Of a stretch of 32,698 nt of DNA, positions 8,532 to 17,051 are shown one piece after another. Source of the DNA: Rickettsia typhi (GTDB lineage Bacteria; Pseudomonadota; Alphaproteobacteria; Rickettsiales; UBA1997); assembly GCA_945878005.1 (NCBI GenBank), contig CAMCSJ010000003.1, positions 1 to 32,698 of the forward strand. The letters are read 5' to 3'. How positions within the stretch are numbered: the stretch's first letter is position 1; the number at the start of each line of letters is the position of its first letter. The notes beneath the pieces were generated by a model, which was not told where the DNA came from, ran no database searches, and worked only from the letters and a program-made list of their open reading frames with translations. Both the position numbers and the translations under genes were made by a program.

Positions 8532-11057
8532 ATGAAGATCAAAAAAAACAACAATCAAAAAAAACAAAATCTTGCCAAAAATTTAGCAAAAAAAATTGTT
8601 ACTAAATCTCAAAAAATAGCTAAAAATATCTCACTAAAATCCAAAAAAGCTAATTTAACAAAACAGACTAAAGCTCTTGCCAATAAAGCTTCTAAGACCT
8701 TAAAAAATAAATTTGAAGATAAAAAAGTTAAAGGAAAATTGATTAAAAAAACTGCCATTAAAACTTCCAAAAAAATTGTTAAAAAACTCACTAAAGAAAT
8801 TGATAAAACCTCCAAAAAAATAAAATCAACTTCTCAAAAAATCGAAAAAAATTTAAAAAATAAATTCAATAAAATTGACGAAAAACTTAATCTCAAAAAA
8901 ACCAAAAAACTTCTTCTTGCTGAAGAAAAAAAATCTAAAAAAACTGCTAAAGAAACATCTAAAAAACTAGCTCGAGAAATTTCCCTTGAAAATTCTAAAG
9001 CTAAAAAACTCAAAAAAATTTCTGATAATTCTCTTAAAAAAATTAACAAAAAACCAACCACTAAATTCACCGCTATTAACGATAAAACCTCTCGTCTTGC
9101 TGAAAAATTTCAACTGATCCAAGATGTTCGTTTTGCGATTCAAAAGCGTGATAATCAAACCAAAAATTTTTCTACCGATATCTCCACCAAAATAAAAAAA
9201 TTAGTTGCACTTGGTAAAACTCAAGGCTTTCTTACTCAAGATCAAATTAATGAAAATTTAGATGTTGAATTAGATGCTCAAAAAATTGAAAGAATCACCG
9301 ATATTCTTACTGAATTTAAAATTCATATCGTGGAAAAGGAAGATGATCTTGAGCGATTAATCGAAGAAGGACTTGCCTTGAAAGATGATGAAAAAAGTCA
9401 AAAGCGAAGTGAAGATTCCGTTAAAACTTATCTCAAATCAATGAGTACTGTAAAGCTTTTAACCAGAGATGATGAAGTTTCTATTGCTATTCGAATTGAA
9501 GAAGGAAGAAATAAAACCGTAAAATCGCTTTACGAAAGTCCAATAATCATGCGTCATTTCATTGAATGGTATAATGGACTATCCAATGGAACCATTCTTC
9601 TTCGCGATATTATCCGCATTGACGAAACCTATAATTCCGAGCTAGAAGAGATGATCAAAAATAGTGATCAGCAAAATAATACTGAAAATGCTAGCACGGT
9701 TGATGATGTTGCAGCAATGATCGAGGAAGATCAAAATGATCTTCCCGAAATTAGTGATGAATCTCTTTTTGAAGATGAAGAGCTTGAAGAAATTGATGAA
9801 AGCGTTGTTTCATTTGTTTCGATGGAGCGAATTCTTATGCCTAAAATGCTCGATCTTTTTCAAAAAATTGCGACAATTTGCCAAAAAATTATCGATAAAT
9901 GTGAAAGTAAAACAAGCGATCAGATCAAGAACGATAAGGATATCGCTAAATTAAAAATTGATTTCCAAAAATTAGCAAATGAAGTTAGTTTCAATGATGG
10001 ATTAATCAAGGATTTAGTTGAACAACTTTACGAAGCTCAACAAAAATTAGTAAGTTTAGAAATTGAAATTTTAAGATCTGCTCAAGATTTTGGAGTTGAT
10101 AAATCAAGCTTTCTTAAGCAATATCACGGAACTGATGATATTCACAAATGGCTAGAAAAAGTTCAACAAATTAAAGATAAAAAATGGCAAAATTTCTTAA
10201 CAACTACTCAAGAAAAATTGCAAGAAACTGTTAATCGAATTGCGAAATTTGGCAAAATTATGGGATTAGGAATTACTGATTTTAAATTAATGATTAACAA
10301 TCTTCGAGCAAGTCAAGAAGAAGAATTAAGAGCAAAAAAAGAAATGATCGAAGCGAATCTTAGACTGGTTGTATCAATTGCCAAAAAATACACTAATCGT
10401 GGATTACAATTTTTAGATTTAATTCAGGAAGGAAATATCGGATTGATGAGAGCAGTTGATAAATTCGAATATCGTCGTGGATATAAATTTTCAACTTATG
10501 CAACTTGGTGGATTCGCCAAGCAATTACTAGAGCAATTGCCGATCAATCACGAACTATTCGTATCCCAATTCACATGGTTGAAACTATCAATAAAATTGT
10601 TAAAACTTCGCGTCAATTAACTCAAGAACTTAATCGCGCTCCAGATGCTCAAGAAATTGCTGATCGATTATTAATGCCCGTTGATAAAGTTCGCAAAGTT
10701 TTACGAACTTCAAAAGATCCCGTAAGTCTAGAATCACCAATTTCTGGAGATGATGAGGAAAGTGTTTTGGGAGATTTTATTGAAGATAAAACTGCAGTTT
10801 TACCTTTCGATGTTGCATCACATTCAAAGCTAAAAGAACTTACCGCTCAAATGCTTTCTTCACTCACTCCAAGAGAAGAAAGAGTTTTAAGAATGCGTTT
10901 TGGAATTGGTATGGTAACCGATCATACTCTCGAAGAAGTTGGAAAACAATTTTCGGTTACTCGTGAGCGTATTAGACAAATCGAAGCTAAAGCTCTTAAA
11001 AAATTACAACATCCTAAACGTGCAAAACTTCTAAAGAGTTTTTTGCAAGATATGTAA
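8532..11057 (+). CDS. rpoD: Primary sigma factor RpoD with a long Lys-rich N-terminal extension
   Basis: Region 1.1 (LGKTQGFLT), region 1.2 (DSVKTYL...LLTRDDE), region 2 ([31 protein letters not shown]...YATWWIRQ), region 4 ([20 protein letters not shown]). Confidence 0.98.
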   Translation: MKIKKNNNQKKQNLAKNLAKKIVTKSQKIAKNISLKSKKANLTKQTKALANKASKTLKNKFEDKKVKGKLIKKTAIKTSKKIVKKLTKEIDKTSKKIKSTSQKIEKNLKNKFNKIDEKLNLKKTKKLLLAEEKKSKKTAKETSKKLAREISLENSKAKKLKKISDNSLKKINKKPTTKFTAINDKTSRLAEKFQLIQDVRFAIQKRDNQTKNFSTDISTKIKKLVALGKTQGFLTQDQINENLDVELDAQKIERITDILTEFKIHIVEKEDDLERLIEEGLALKDDEKSQKRSEDSVKTYLKSMSTVKLLTRDDEVSIAIRIEEGRNKTVKSLYESPIIMRHFIEWYNGLSNGTILLRDIIRIDETYNSELEEMIKNSDQQNNTENASTVDDVAAMIEEDQNDLPEISDESLFEDEELEEIDESVVSFVSMERILMPKMLDLFQKIATICQKIIDKCESKTSDQIKNDKDIAKLKIDFQKLANEVSFNDGLIKDLVEQLYEAQQKLVSLEIEILRSAQDFGVDKSSFLKQYHGTDDIHKWLEKVQQIKDKKWQNFLTTTQEKLQETVNRIAKFGKIMGLGITDFKLMINNLRASQEEELRAKKEMIEANLRLVVSIAKKYTNRGLQFLDLIQEGNIGLMRAVDKFEYRRGYKFSTYATWWIRQAITRAIADQSRTIRIPIHMVETINKIVKTSRQLTQELNRAPDAQEIADRLLMPVDKVRKVLRTSKDPVSLESPISGDDEESVLGDFIEDKTAVLPFDVASHSKLKELTAQMLSSLTPREERVLRMRFGIGMVTDHTLEEVGKQFSVTRERIRQIEAKALKKLQHPKRAKLLKSFLQDM

Positions 11058-11131
11058 ATAAATATTTTTAGTTTATTATTAATATTTTAAATATTTTTTA
11101 ATAGTTGTTGTTTAGAAATTTTTTTTAGCTC

Positions 11132-11159
11132 TTGACTTTTAAAAAAATTAATTTATCAC
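11132..11159 (+). promoter_or_regulatory. Candidate sigma70 promoter for the 11194 ORF
   Basis: TTGACT-N16-TATCAC, about 35 nt upstream of the ATG. Confidence 0.35.
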
Positions 11160-11193
11160 TTACTTACCAAAGTTTTAATTTAATTTTAATTTT

Positions 11194-12375
11194 ATGCAAA
11201 ATTCTTATAATCAAAATAATTCAATGAATCAACAACCAGTTGATTTAATCCAACAACATATTTTTAGAAAATTATTTAGAGATCTTTCAGTTCCAACTGA
11301 GCATCATGATGGACTTTCTAGAGATCTTTCTCTTTTACTGGGAATAAAAATTACCGATGAAAAACACATTGAACAAATATCGAAAGCACATATTTTAGAA
11401 TTTTTAAAAGGAATTGGTGTAAATAATCAAAAAGGAAAATCCAACATTAACATTGGTCAAGATGGTGAAGGTTCATCGAAATTATTAAAATTCATTACGG
11501 GTGATGATAATAAAAAAGCTCAATTAAATTTAATTTACCAAATTTCTAAAGCAGGAATTTTTAATAGCTATAACATTCTCCTTCTTGCAAAAAGAAATCT
11601 TAGCAATACAGTTAAATCTCTTGCTGATATCATTAAAAATGATCAAGAATTATTGCAAATTTATCAAGAAAATAAAATTATCTCCGATCAGGAAAATCCA
11701 CATTACCATCAAGAAAATCTTGGTAGAATTTCATCAATTTACGCAATGATTGCCAGTGATTTAAGTGATGATTTTAGAAAAGATCCTCATAGCTTTTCTC
11801 ACCTAGGAATAAATCAAGAGCAATTAGACAAGATCGCCAAATTAACTCCCGAACAAATTATTAAAGAAATCCAAAAAGGAATTGAAGATAAAAGACAAGC
11901 TCATCTGGCAGATATTGAAAAATCAATTGAAGAAGATTTGTTATTGTTTTTTAACGGCAATAAGAAAAATGAAGATGATAGGAAAAATGCTTTAAAAAAA
12001 GTTTTAGATACTGGAAAAATTATATTTGAAAAAGATAATGATGGGAAAATAATAGCAACCAAAATTAATAATCTAGAAGCTCAAAAACAAAACGAAATTA
12101 TAAAACACAATGATCAGTTAATTAAAGATATTAAAGATGATAATCTTAGAGATAGCAAAATTGTCGAAGAAGAAGCAATTCATTTTGATTTCGCTCCAAA
12201 TTCAAGTTTCAGAACTCTGGGAATTGTCGCGGCCTTTACTAAAAGATATACCAAACTCGTAAGAGATAAATTAAATACTAATCCTGCTCTTGCAGAAGAA
12301 GTATCAAATTCCCCTGCTAAAAATTTAAATGCAGATCAATTAAAACAAAACCCAAGATTTACTGAAATTCAATAA
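11194..12375 (+). CDS. Hypothetical soluble protein (orphan), 393 aa
   Basis: Long open frame in AT-rich DNA; hydrophilic, no signal peptide or TM segment, no recognised domain. Confidence 0.85.
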   Translation: MQNSYNQNNSMNQQPVDLIQQHIFRKLFRDLSVPTEHHDGLSRDLSLLLGIKITDEKHIEQISKAHILEFLKGIGVNNQKGKSNINIGQDGEGSSKLLKFITGDDNKKAQLNLIYQISKAGIFNSYNILLLAKRNLSNTVKSLADIIKNDQELLQIYQENKIISDQENPHYHQENLGRISSIYAMIASDLSDDFRKDPHSFSHLGINQEQLDKIAKLTPEQIIKEIQKGIEDKRQAHLADIEKSIEEDLLLFFNGNKKNEDDRKNALKKVLDTGKIIFEKDNDGKIIATKINNLEAQKQNEIIKHNDQLIKDIKDDNLRDSKIVEEEAIHFDFAPNSSFRTLGIVAAFTKRYTKLVRDKLNTNPALAEEVSNSPAKNLNADQLKQNPRFTEIQ

Positions 12376-12393
12376 TTAATAAAGTTTAAATAA

Positions 12394-13107
12394 ATGTCAA
12401 TTCGTCCGTCCAAAAGAAATTTCGATGAAATTCGTGATATCTCAATCAAAACTAATATCAACAACTATGCGGAAGGATCTTGCTTAATTAGCTGTGGAAA
12501 TACTCAAATAATTTGCACTGCATCAGTTGAAGAAAAAGTTCCGCATTTTTTAAGAAATAAAGGACAAGGATGGATCACCGCAAACTACAACATGCTTGCC
12601 CGATCAACTCATCAAAGAATCGATAAAGATCCACTTAAGCCAAATGGTCGAAATCTCGAAATTCAACGCTTAATTTCTAGATCTCTTCGCTTTGCAATTG
12701 ATTTAAAATTACTTGGCGAAAGACAAATTACCATTGATTGCGATGTAATTCAAGCAGATGGATCAACTCGTTGTGCTAGCATTACGGGTGGATTTGTTGC
12801 ATTAAGTTTAGCGATAAGAAAATTACTTCGCGATCGTGTTATTGAATATAATCCTTTAATCAATGAGGTTTGCGGGATATCATGCGGAATTTACAACAAT
12901 CAAATTATTGCCGATTTAGATTATCTTGAAGATAGTAAATGTGAAGTTGATTGTAATTTTGTTTTAAATAAAAATTATGATCTAATTGAGATACAAGGTA
13001 CTGCAGAAACTGGATCGATGACCTTTAAGCAAATGAGTGAAATGTATGAATTAGCTAAAAAATCTGCAGAAAGAATATTGCAAATTCAAAGAATTACTTT
13101 ACAATAA
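12394..13107 (+). CDS. rph: Ribonuclease PH
   Basis: AEGS, GQGWITA, EIQRLISRSLR, CDVIQADGSTRCASITG, DLDYLEDS and IEIQGTAE motifs. Confidence 0.95.
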   Translation: MSIRPSKRNFDEIRDISIKTNINNYAEGSCLISCGNTQIICTASVEEKVPHFLRNKGQGWITANYNMLARSTHQRIDKDPLKPNGRNLEIQRLISRSLRFAIDLKLLGERQITIDCDVIQADGSTRCASITGGFVALSLAIRKLLRDRVIEYNPLINEVCGISCGIYNNQIIADLDYLEDSKCEVDCNFVLNKNYDLIEIQGTAETGSMTFKQMSEMYELAKKSAERILQIQRITLQ

Positions 13108-13145
13108 ATTTTGCTTGATTAAGTTTTTTAAAACACCTTTAATTA

Positions 13146-13158
13146 AACCTTAACTTTT
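13146..13158 (+). repeat. Left copy of a 13-bp inverted repeat (AACCTTAACTTTT)
   Basis: Exact reverse complement of 13488-13500. Confidence 0.6.
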
Positions 13159-13187
13159 CTATTTTCTTTAATTCATAAAAAGTCAAT

Positions 13188-13226
13188 AAAAAAACCTCGT
13201 TTCCAAATAATAGAAACGAGGTTTTT
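13188..13226. terminator. Bidirectional rho-independent terminator between convergent rph and the RHH gene
   Basis: A7-CCTCGTTTC-(9-nt loop)-GAAACGAGG-T5; perfect 9-bp stem with a U-tract on both strands. Confidence 0.9.
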
Positions 13227-13243
13227 AAATGTATCAAAAGAAA

Positions 13244-13468
13244 TTATTTTTTCTTTTTCTTTGCCACTACTACTTCATCCGAAGATCTTGAGGCTTTCAA
13301 GAATTCGGTAGAAATACCAGATTCATGCAATCTATTTTGAAGATATTTCTCCAAAGCTTTTTTGATTAAATAGCTTTTTGATCTTTCTTCAAGATCGCAA
13401 ACCATGTTTAATGCTTTTTCCAATTCAGCGGAAATTTGAGCAGAGATTGTTACTACTTTTTGTTTCAT
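13244..13468 (-). CDS. Ribbon-helix-helix (CopG/antitoxin-like) DNA-binding protein
   Basis: Alternating beta-strand VTISAQI followed by helices ELEKALNMVC and RSKSYLIKKALEKYL; C-terminal KKKKK; followed by a terminator. Confidence 0.82.
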   Translation of the reverse strand: MKQKVVTISAQISAELEKALNMVCDLEERSKSYLIKKALEKYLQNRLHESGISTEFLKASRSSDEVVVAKKKKK

Positions 13469-13487
13469 ATGTTTTAAAGTTTTAGTT

Positions 13488-13500
13488 AAAAGTTAAGGTT
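13488..13500 (-). repeat. Right copy of the 13-bp inverted repeat (AAAAGTTAAGGTT on +)
   Basis: Exact reverse complement of 13146-13158; 20 nt upstream of the RHH start codon. Confidence 0.6.
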
Positions 13501-13553
13501 ATGGTTCATTTAATAAAATTAATTATAATTATATAAAATTAAGTTTTTTAATC

Positions 13554-14645
13554 ATGTTTACAAAAAATAAAATAAATTTGACACATTTTGATAAAAAAAC
13601 GTTTGGCAACGAAATTATCTCCATTGTTGAAAAGCCCTTTCGTTTAAGGCAAGTCTGGAGCTGGATCTATACTCATGGTCTTGGAAATTTCCAAGAAATG
13701 AATAATATTTCTAAACAATTACGAGAAAATTTAGAAAAAAAATTTTCTCTTGATCGTCCACAAATAACAAAAGATTTAACTTCTTTTGACGGAACCAGAA
13801 AATGGTTGATAAAATTTCCTGATAACCGAGAAGTTGAAACAGTTTTCATTCCAGAAGAAAACCGCGGAACTCTTTGTATCTCGTCGCAAGTAGGTTGTAC
13901 TCTTGCTTGCAAATTCTGCCATACTGGCACTCAAACTTTAGTTCGCAACCTTGAATTTCATGAAATAGTTGCTCAAATTCTTGTTGCCAAAGATCAATTA
14001 AATGATTGGCAAAAAATTTCTCCTACACAATTACCCAAACTAACTAATATAGTTTTTATGGGCATGGGCGAACCTTTTTTTAATTACGACAATGTCGCTA
14101 AAGCTATCGATATTTTAACTGATAGCGATGGTTTAAATTTTTCTTTACGTAAAATCACCATTTCAACTTCAGGATTAGTTCCTGAAATTTTACGATCTGC
14201 CAAAGAACTTAAAACCAATCTTGCCATTTCATTACATGGCACTAATGACGATTTACGCACTAGTATAATGGCTATAAATAAAAAATATCCACTTCATGAA
14301 TTATTCTTAGCTTGTAAAGCTTATAATAACGAAAATCCACAAAAAAAAATTACTTTTGAATATATTATGTTAAGAAATGTTAATGATCAAGAGAAAAATG
14401 CAATAGAATTGATAAATTTTATTAAAAAATATAATATTAATGTAAAAATAAACCTTATAGCCTTTAATCCTTGGGATGGTTGCGAGTATCAACCAAGCTT
14501 AACCGCATCGATAAAAAAATTCCAAGATATTTTAAGGAAACATGATTTATTAACAACCATTAGAAAAGTTCGTGGAGAAGATGTTTTGGCAGCATGTGGT
14601 CAATTAAAGTCTTCATCTATTAGAGAAAAAAATATTTTTAGTTAA
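13554..14645 (+). CDS. rlmN: Dual-specificity rRNA/tRNA m2A methyltransferase RlmN
   Basis: DGTRKWL, CISSQVGCTLACKFCHTG (radical SAM CxxxCxxC), FMGMGEP, ITFEY, AACGQL. Confidence 0.97.
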   Translation: MFTKNKINLTHFDKKTFGNEIISIVEKPFRLRQVWSWIYTHGLGNFQEMNNISKQLRENLEKKFSLDRPQITKDLTSFDGTRKWLIKFPDNREVETVFIPEENRGTLCISSQVGCTLACKFCHTGTQTLVRNLEFHEIVAQILVAKDQLNDWQKISPTQLPKLTNIVFMGMGEPFFNYDNVAKAIDILTDSDGLNFSLRKITISTSGLVPEILRSAKELKTNLAISLHGTNDDLRTSIMAINKKYPLHELFLACKAYNNENPQKKITFEYIMLRNVNDQEKNAIELINFIKKYNINVKINLIAFNPWDGCEYQPSLTASIKKFQDILRKHDLLTTIRKVRGEDVLAACGQLKSSSIREKNIFS

Positions 14646-14837
14646 TATTAATTGTAATTTATTTATAAATTTTAAATTATAAAGTTTTTATTGTCATTAT
14701 TTATTATTAAAATTTATTATTTTTTTCTCAACATTAAGCAATTTTTTTTAAAATTATAATTTCATAATTTTAAATTTTAAATTTGAGATCATTATTTTAA
14801 TATTTTTTTAAAAATGTTATTTTTTAAAAATTGATTC

Positions 14838-15734
14838 ATGAAATTTTCTAACAAAGCCTTCTCACTAATTGAATTATCGATTGTAATTTTAATCATTGGT
14901 ATCTTGGTTGCAGGTGTTACACAATCTTCGAGATTAACTAAAGCAATGAAATTGCAATCTGCTCGATCACTGACACTTAGCTCTCCCATTCCGTCTTTTA
15001 AAAATGTAACTCTATGGCTTGAATCAACTATCGATGAAAGCTTTGATTCATTAGAATCGCAAGATCAAACATTGGTAAGTCTTTGGAAGGATATTAATCC
15101 ACAATCATCTTACAAAAATAATGCAACTCAATCAAATTCAAGTTTTAAACCAAAATATCTATCCGATGGAATCAACGGACTTCCTGCTCTTAGTTTTGAT
15201 GGCATTGATGATTGGATGACAATGGGTGTCATTTCTGGATTTGAATCAAATAGTAAATTTACAATTTTTCTTGTCTTTAAATCTTCTGTTTTATCAAGAT
15301 TCGTGATTGCCAAGCAAGATAATTGGGTTGATGGCAAGGGTTGGTCAATTATTACTTCCGCCCCTAATAATGTAGGATTTTATTTGAATGGACATCAATC
15401 AACGAATGCTATTTCTGTATTATCATCATCTCAAACACTTCTCAATACTAATACAATTCTTGCATTTTCATATAATGGCGGATTAAGTAATTCTAGTCTA
15501 AATGTTTATGTTAATGGTAAAAAAGATTTAGCTCCTACAAGAACTGGCGGACCATTAACCACGCTTCCCTCGCCAAATGGTGACGAGGATTTAAGAATTG
15601 GAGCAAGGGAAGCGAATTCCTTTTGGTGGTATCAAGGTATGATTGGTGAATTAATAATAATCGAATCCTTTCTTGGCGATAATGATGTAGATGAGGTTAA
15701 CAAATATCTTCAAAAAAAATGGTCAATAAAATAA
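14838..15734 (+). CDS. Prepilin-type N-terminal cleavage/methylation protein with a LamG/concanavalin-like domain
   Basis: MKFSNKA|FSLIELSIVILIIGILVAGV class III signal (F+1, E+5); LSFDGIDD, VYVNG, LRIG and GMIGELII are LamG-like jelly-roll hallmarks. Confidence 0.85.
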   Translation: MKFSNKAFSLIELSIVILIIGILVAGVTQSSRLTKAMKLQSARSLTLSSPIPSFKNVTLWLESTIDESFDSLESQDQTLVSLWKDINPQSSYKNNATQSNSSFKPKYLSDGINGLPALSFDGIDDWMTMGVISGFESNSKFTIFLVFKSSVLSRFVIAKQDNWVDGKGWSIITSAPNNVGFYLNGHQSTNAISVLSSSQTLLNTNTILAFSYNGGLSNSSLNVYVNGKKDLAPTRTGGPLTTLPSPNGDEDLRIGAREANSFWWYQGMIGELIIIESFLGDNDVDEVNKYLQKKWSIK

Positions 15735-15807
15735 TTTTTTATAAATTGTTAAAAAATATTTAGTTTTAAGACTAATAATTAAATATTATTGCAAATTAAC
15801 AAAAAAA

Positions 15808-16899
15808 TTATTTTCTAAGTATATATTTTTCACTCTGTAATTTTGAGCTTTTAACAATGAATAATCTTTGCTTGACATCAATTCCAATTAGCGTTAAAAA
15901 CATATCGCCAATAATGCTTCGCGAAGAGTAATATCCATGTCCTAATCCCATTGATGAATCATCAATTCCACTAACATTAATCACATCAATTTCATCGATA
16001 TTTGCACATGCACCAAGGCGATCATTTTTGTTAAATATTTTTGAAGCAATCATCGCTTTATCATTGGTTGAACAATAAATGGTAATGTGATTAGTAATTT
16101 TTTTAATATTAGAAACAATTGATTTGAAACCTTGAGCTTCATAATCCGGAGCATTTAAAAATAATTCATTAATTAAAATTTCTTGCGAAGAATTTTTAGA
16201 AATTTTATTAATTGCTTCTAATGCTAATTGATGACCCATTGAGTGAATCATCAAATTAATTTTTATGTTATTTTTCTTAAATCCTTCTAAAAATTTTACA
16301 AAAGGTTCGATTGAAGATTTAACATTTTGAGCGTTTAATTCATAGGTTTTGTTAAGCATCGCTTCTTCAAAAAAACCATCTTTTGCACCTGAAGGCCAAG
16401 TGAATAATATTATTGGACCTTGATATTTAAGATCGTAGGCGATTTGTGAAGCACGAAAAATCGCTTCCTTATATCGCACATTAAAACCATGCACAAAAAC
16501 TAAAGGTGTTATTGAATTATTTTTTAATTCATTGAAAAATTCTAATTCACTGAAATTTTGAGAATTAATAATTTTAAAATTATCATTTTCTTTATTATCT
16601 TTAGGTGAAGAAATATTACCGATTTCATGAAGCTTTGAAACCTTGATATTGCAGAATCCGTAAGTAATTATTTTATCAAAATCTACGCCAAAATTTTCAT
16701 CATCACAGCCAAAATTAGCAGTTTTTCTTAAGCGATTTGTAGCGATCAATACTTTAATTTCAGAGTTATCTTCATAATTATTTTTAAATAATTTTTGCCA
16801 AGTTGGTTGAAGTTTTTTTTGCAGAATTGCAGTATCACCGATATTTTGACAAGAATTTAAAATAAAAATCAGTAAAGAAATTAAGGTGATTTTTTTCAT
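15808..16899 (-). CDS. DUF900-family alpha/beta hydrolase lipoprotein
   Basis: Lipobox LNSC; ATNR, VFVHGFN, FTWPS, nucleophile elbow HSMG, APD, RLG, GHGYY. Confidence 0.9.
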   Translation of the reverse strand: MKKITLISLLIFILNSCQNIGDTAILQKKLQPTWQKLFKNNYEDNSEIKVLIATNRLRKTANFGCDDENFGVDFDKIITYGFCNIKVSKLHEIGNISSPKDNKENDNFKIINSQNFSELEFFNELKNNSITPLVFVHGFNVRYKEAIFRASQIAYDLKYQGPIILFTWPSGAKDGFFEEAMLNKTYELNAQNVKSSIEPFVKFLEGFKKNNIKINLMIHSMGHQLALEAINKISKNSSQEILINELFLNAPDYEAQGFKSIVSNIKKITNHITIYCSTNDKAMIASKIFNKNDRLGACANIDEIDVINVSGIDDSSMGLGHGYYSSRSIIGDMFLTLIGIDVKQRLFIVKSSKLQSEKYILRK

Positions 16900-16930
16900 A
16901 TTTTATTGATTAAATTTTTTGCTATTAAAA

Positions 16931-16993
16931 AATTTCCCTAAGAAATTATTTTTAGAAATTGCCCTAAAAATTACCCTAAAAATTTTAGCTAAA
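16931..16993. repeat. Degenerate 12-bp repeats AATTNCCCTAA
   Basis: AATTTCCCTAAG (16931), AATTGCCCTAAA (16957) and AATTACCCTAAA (16969), followed by TAGCTAAAA twice. Confidence 0.6.
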
Positions 16994-17051
16994 ATAGCTA
17001 AAATTTTTAATTAAAATTTATCGCCAAATCTTCTTAGTAAAAATTTTAAAA

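Noticed and set aside
16957-16980. Similarity of CCCTAAA to the plant telomere repeat
   Set aside because: The period is 12 bp rather than 7, there are only two or three copies, and the context is bacterial; coincidental.
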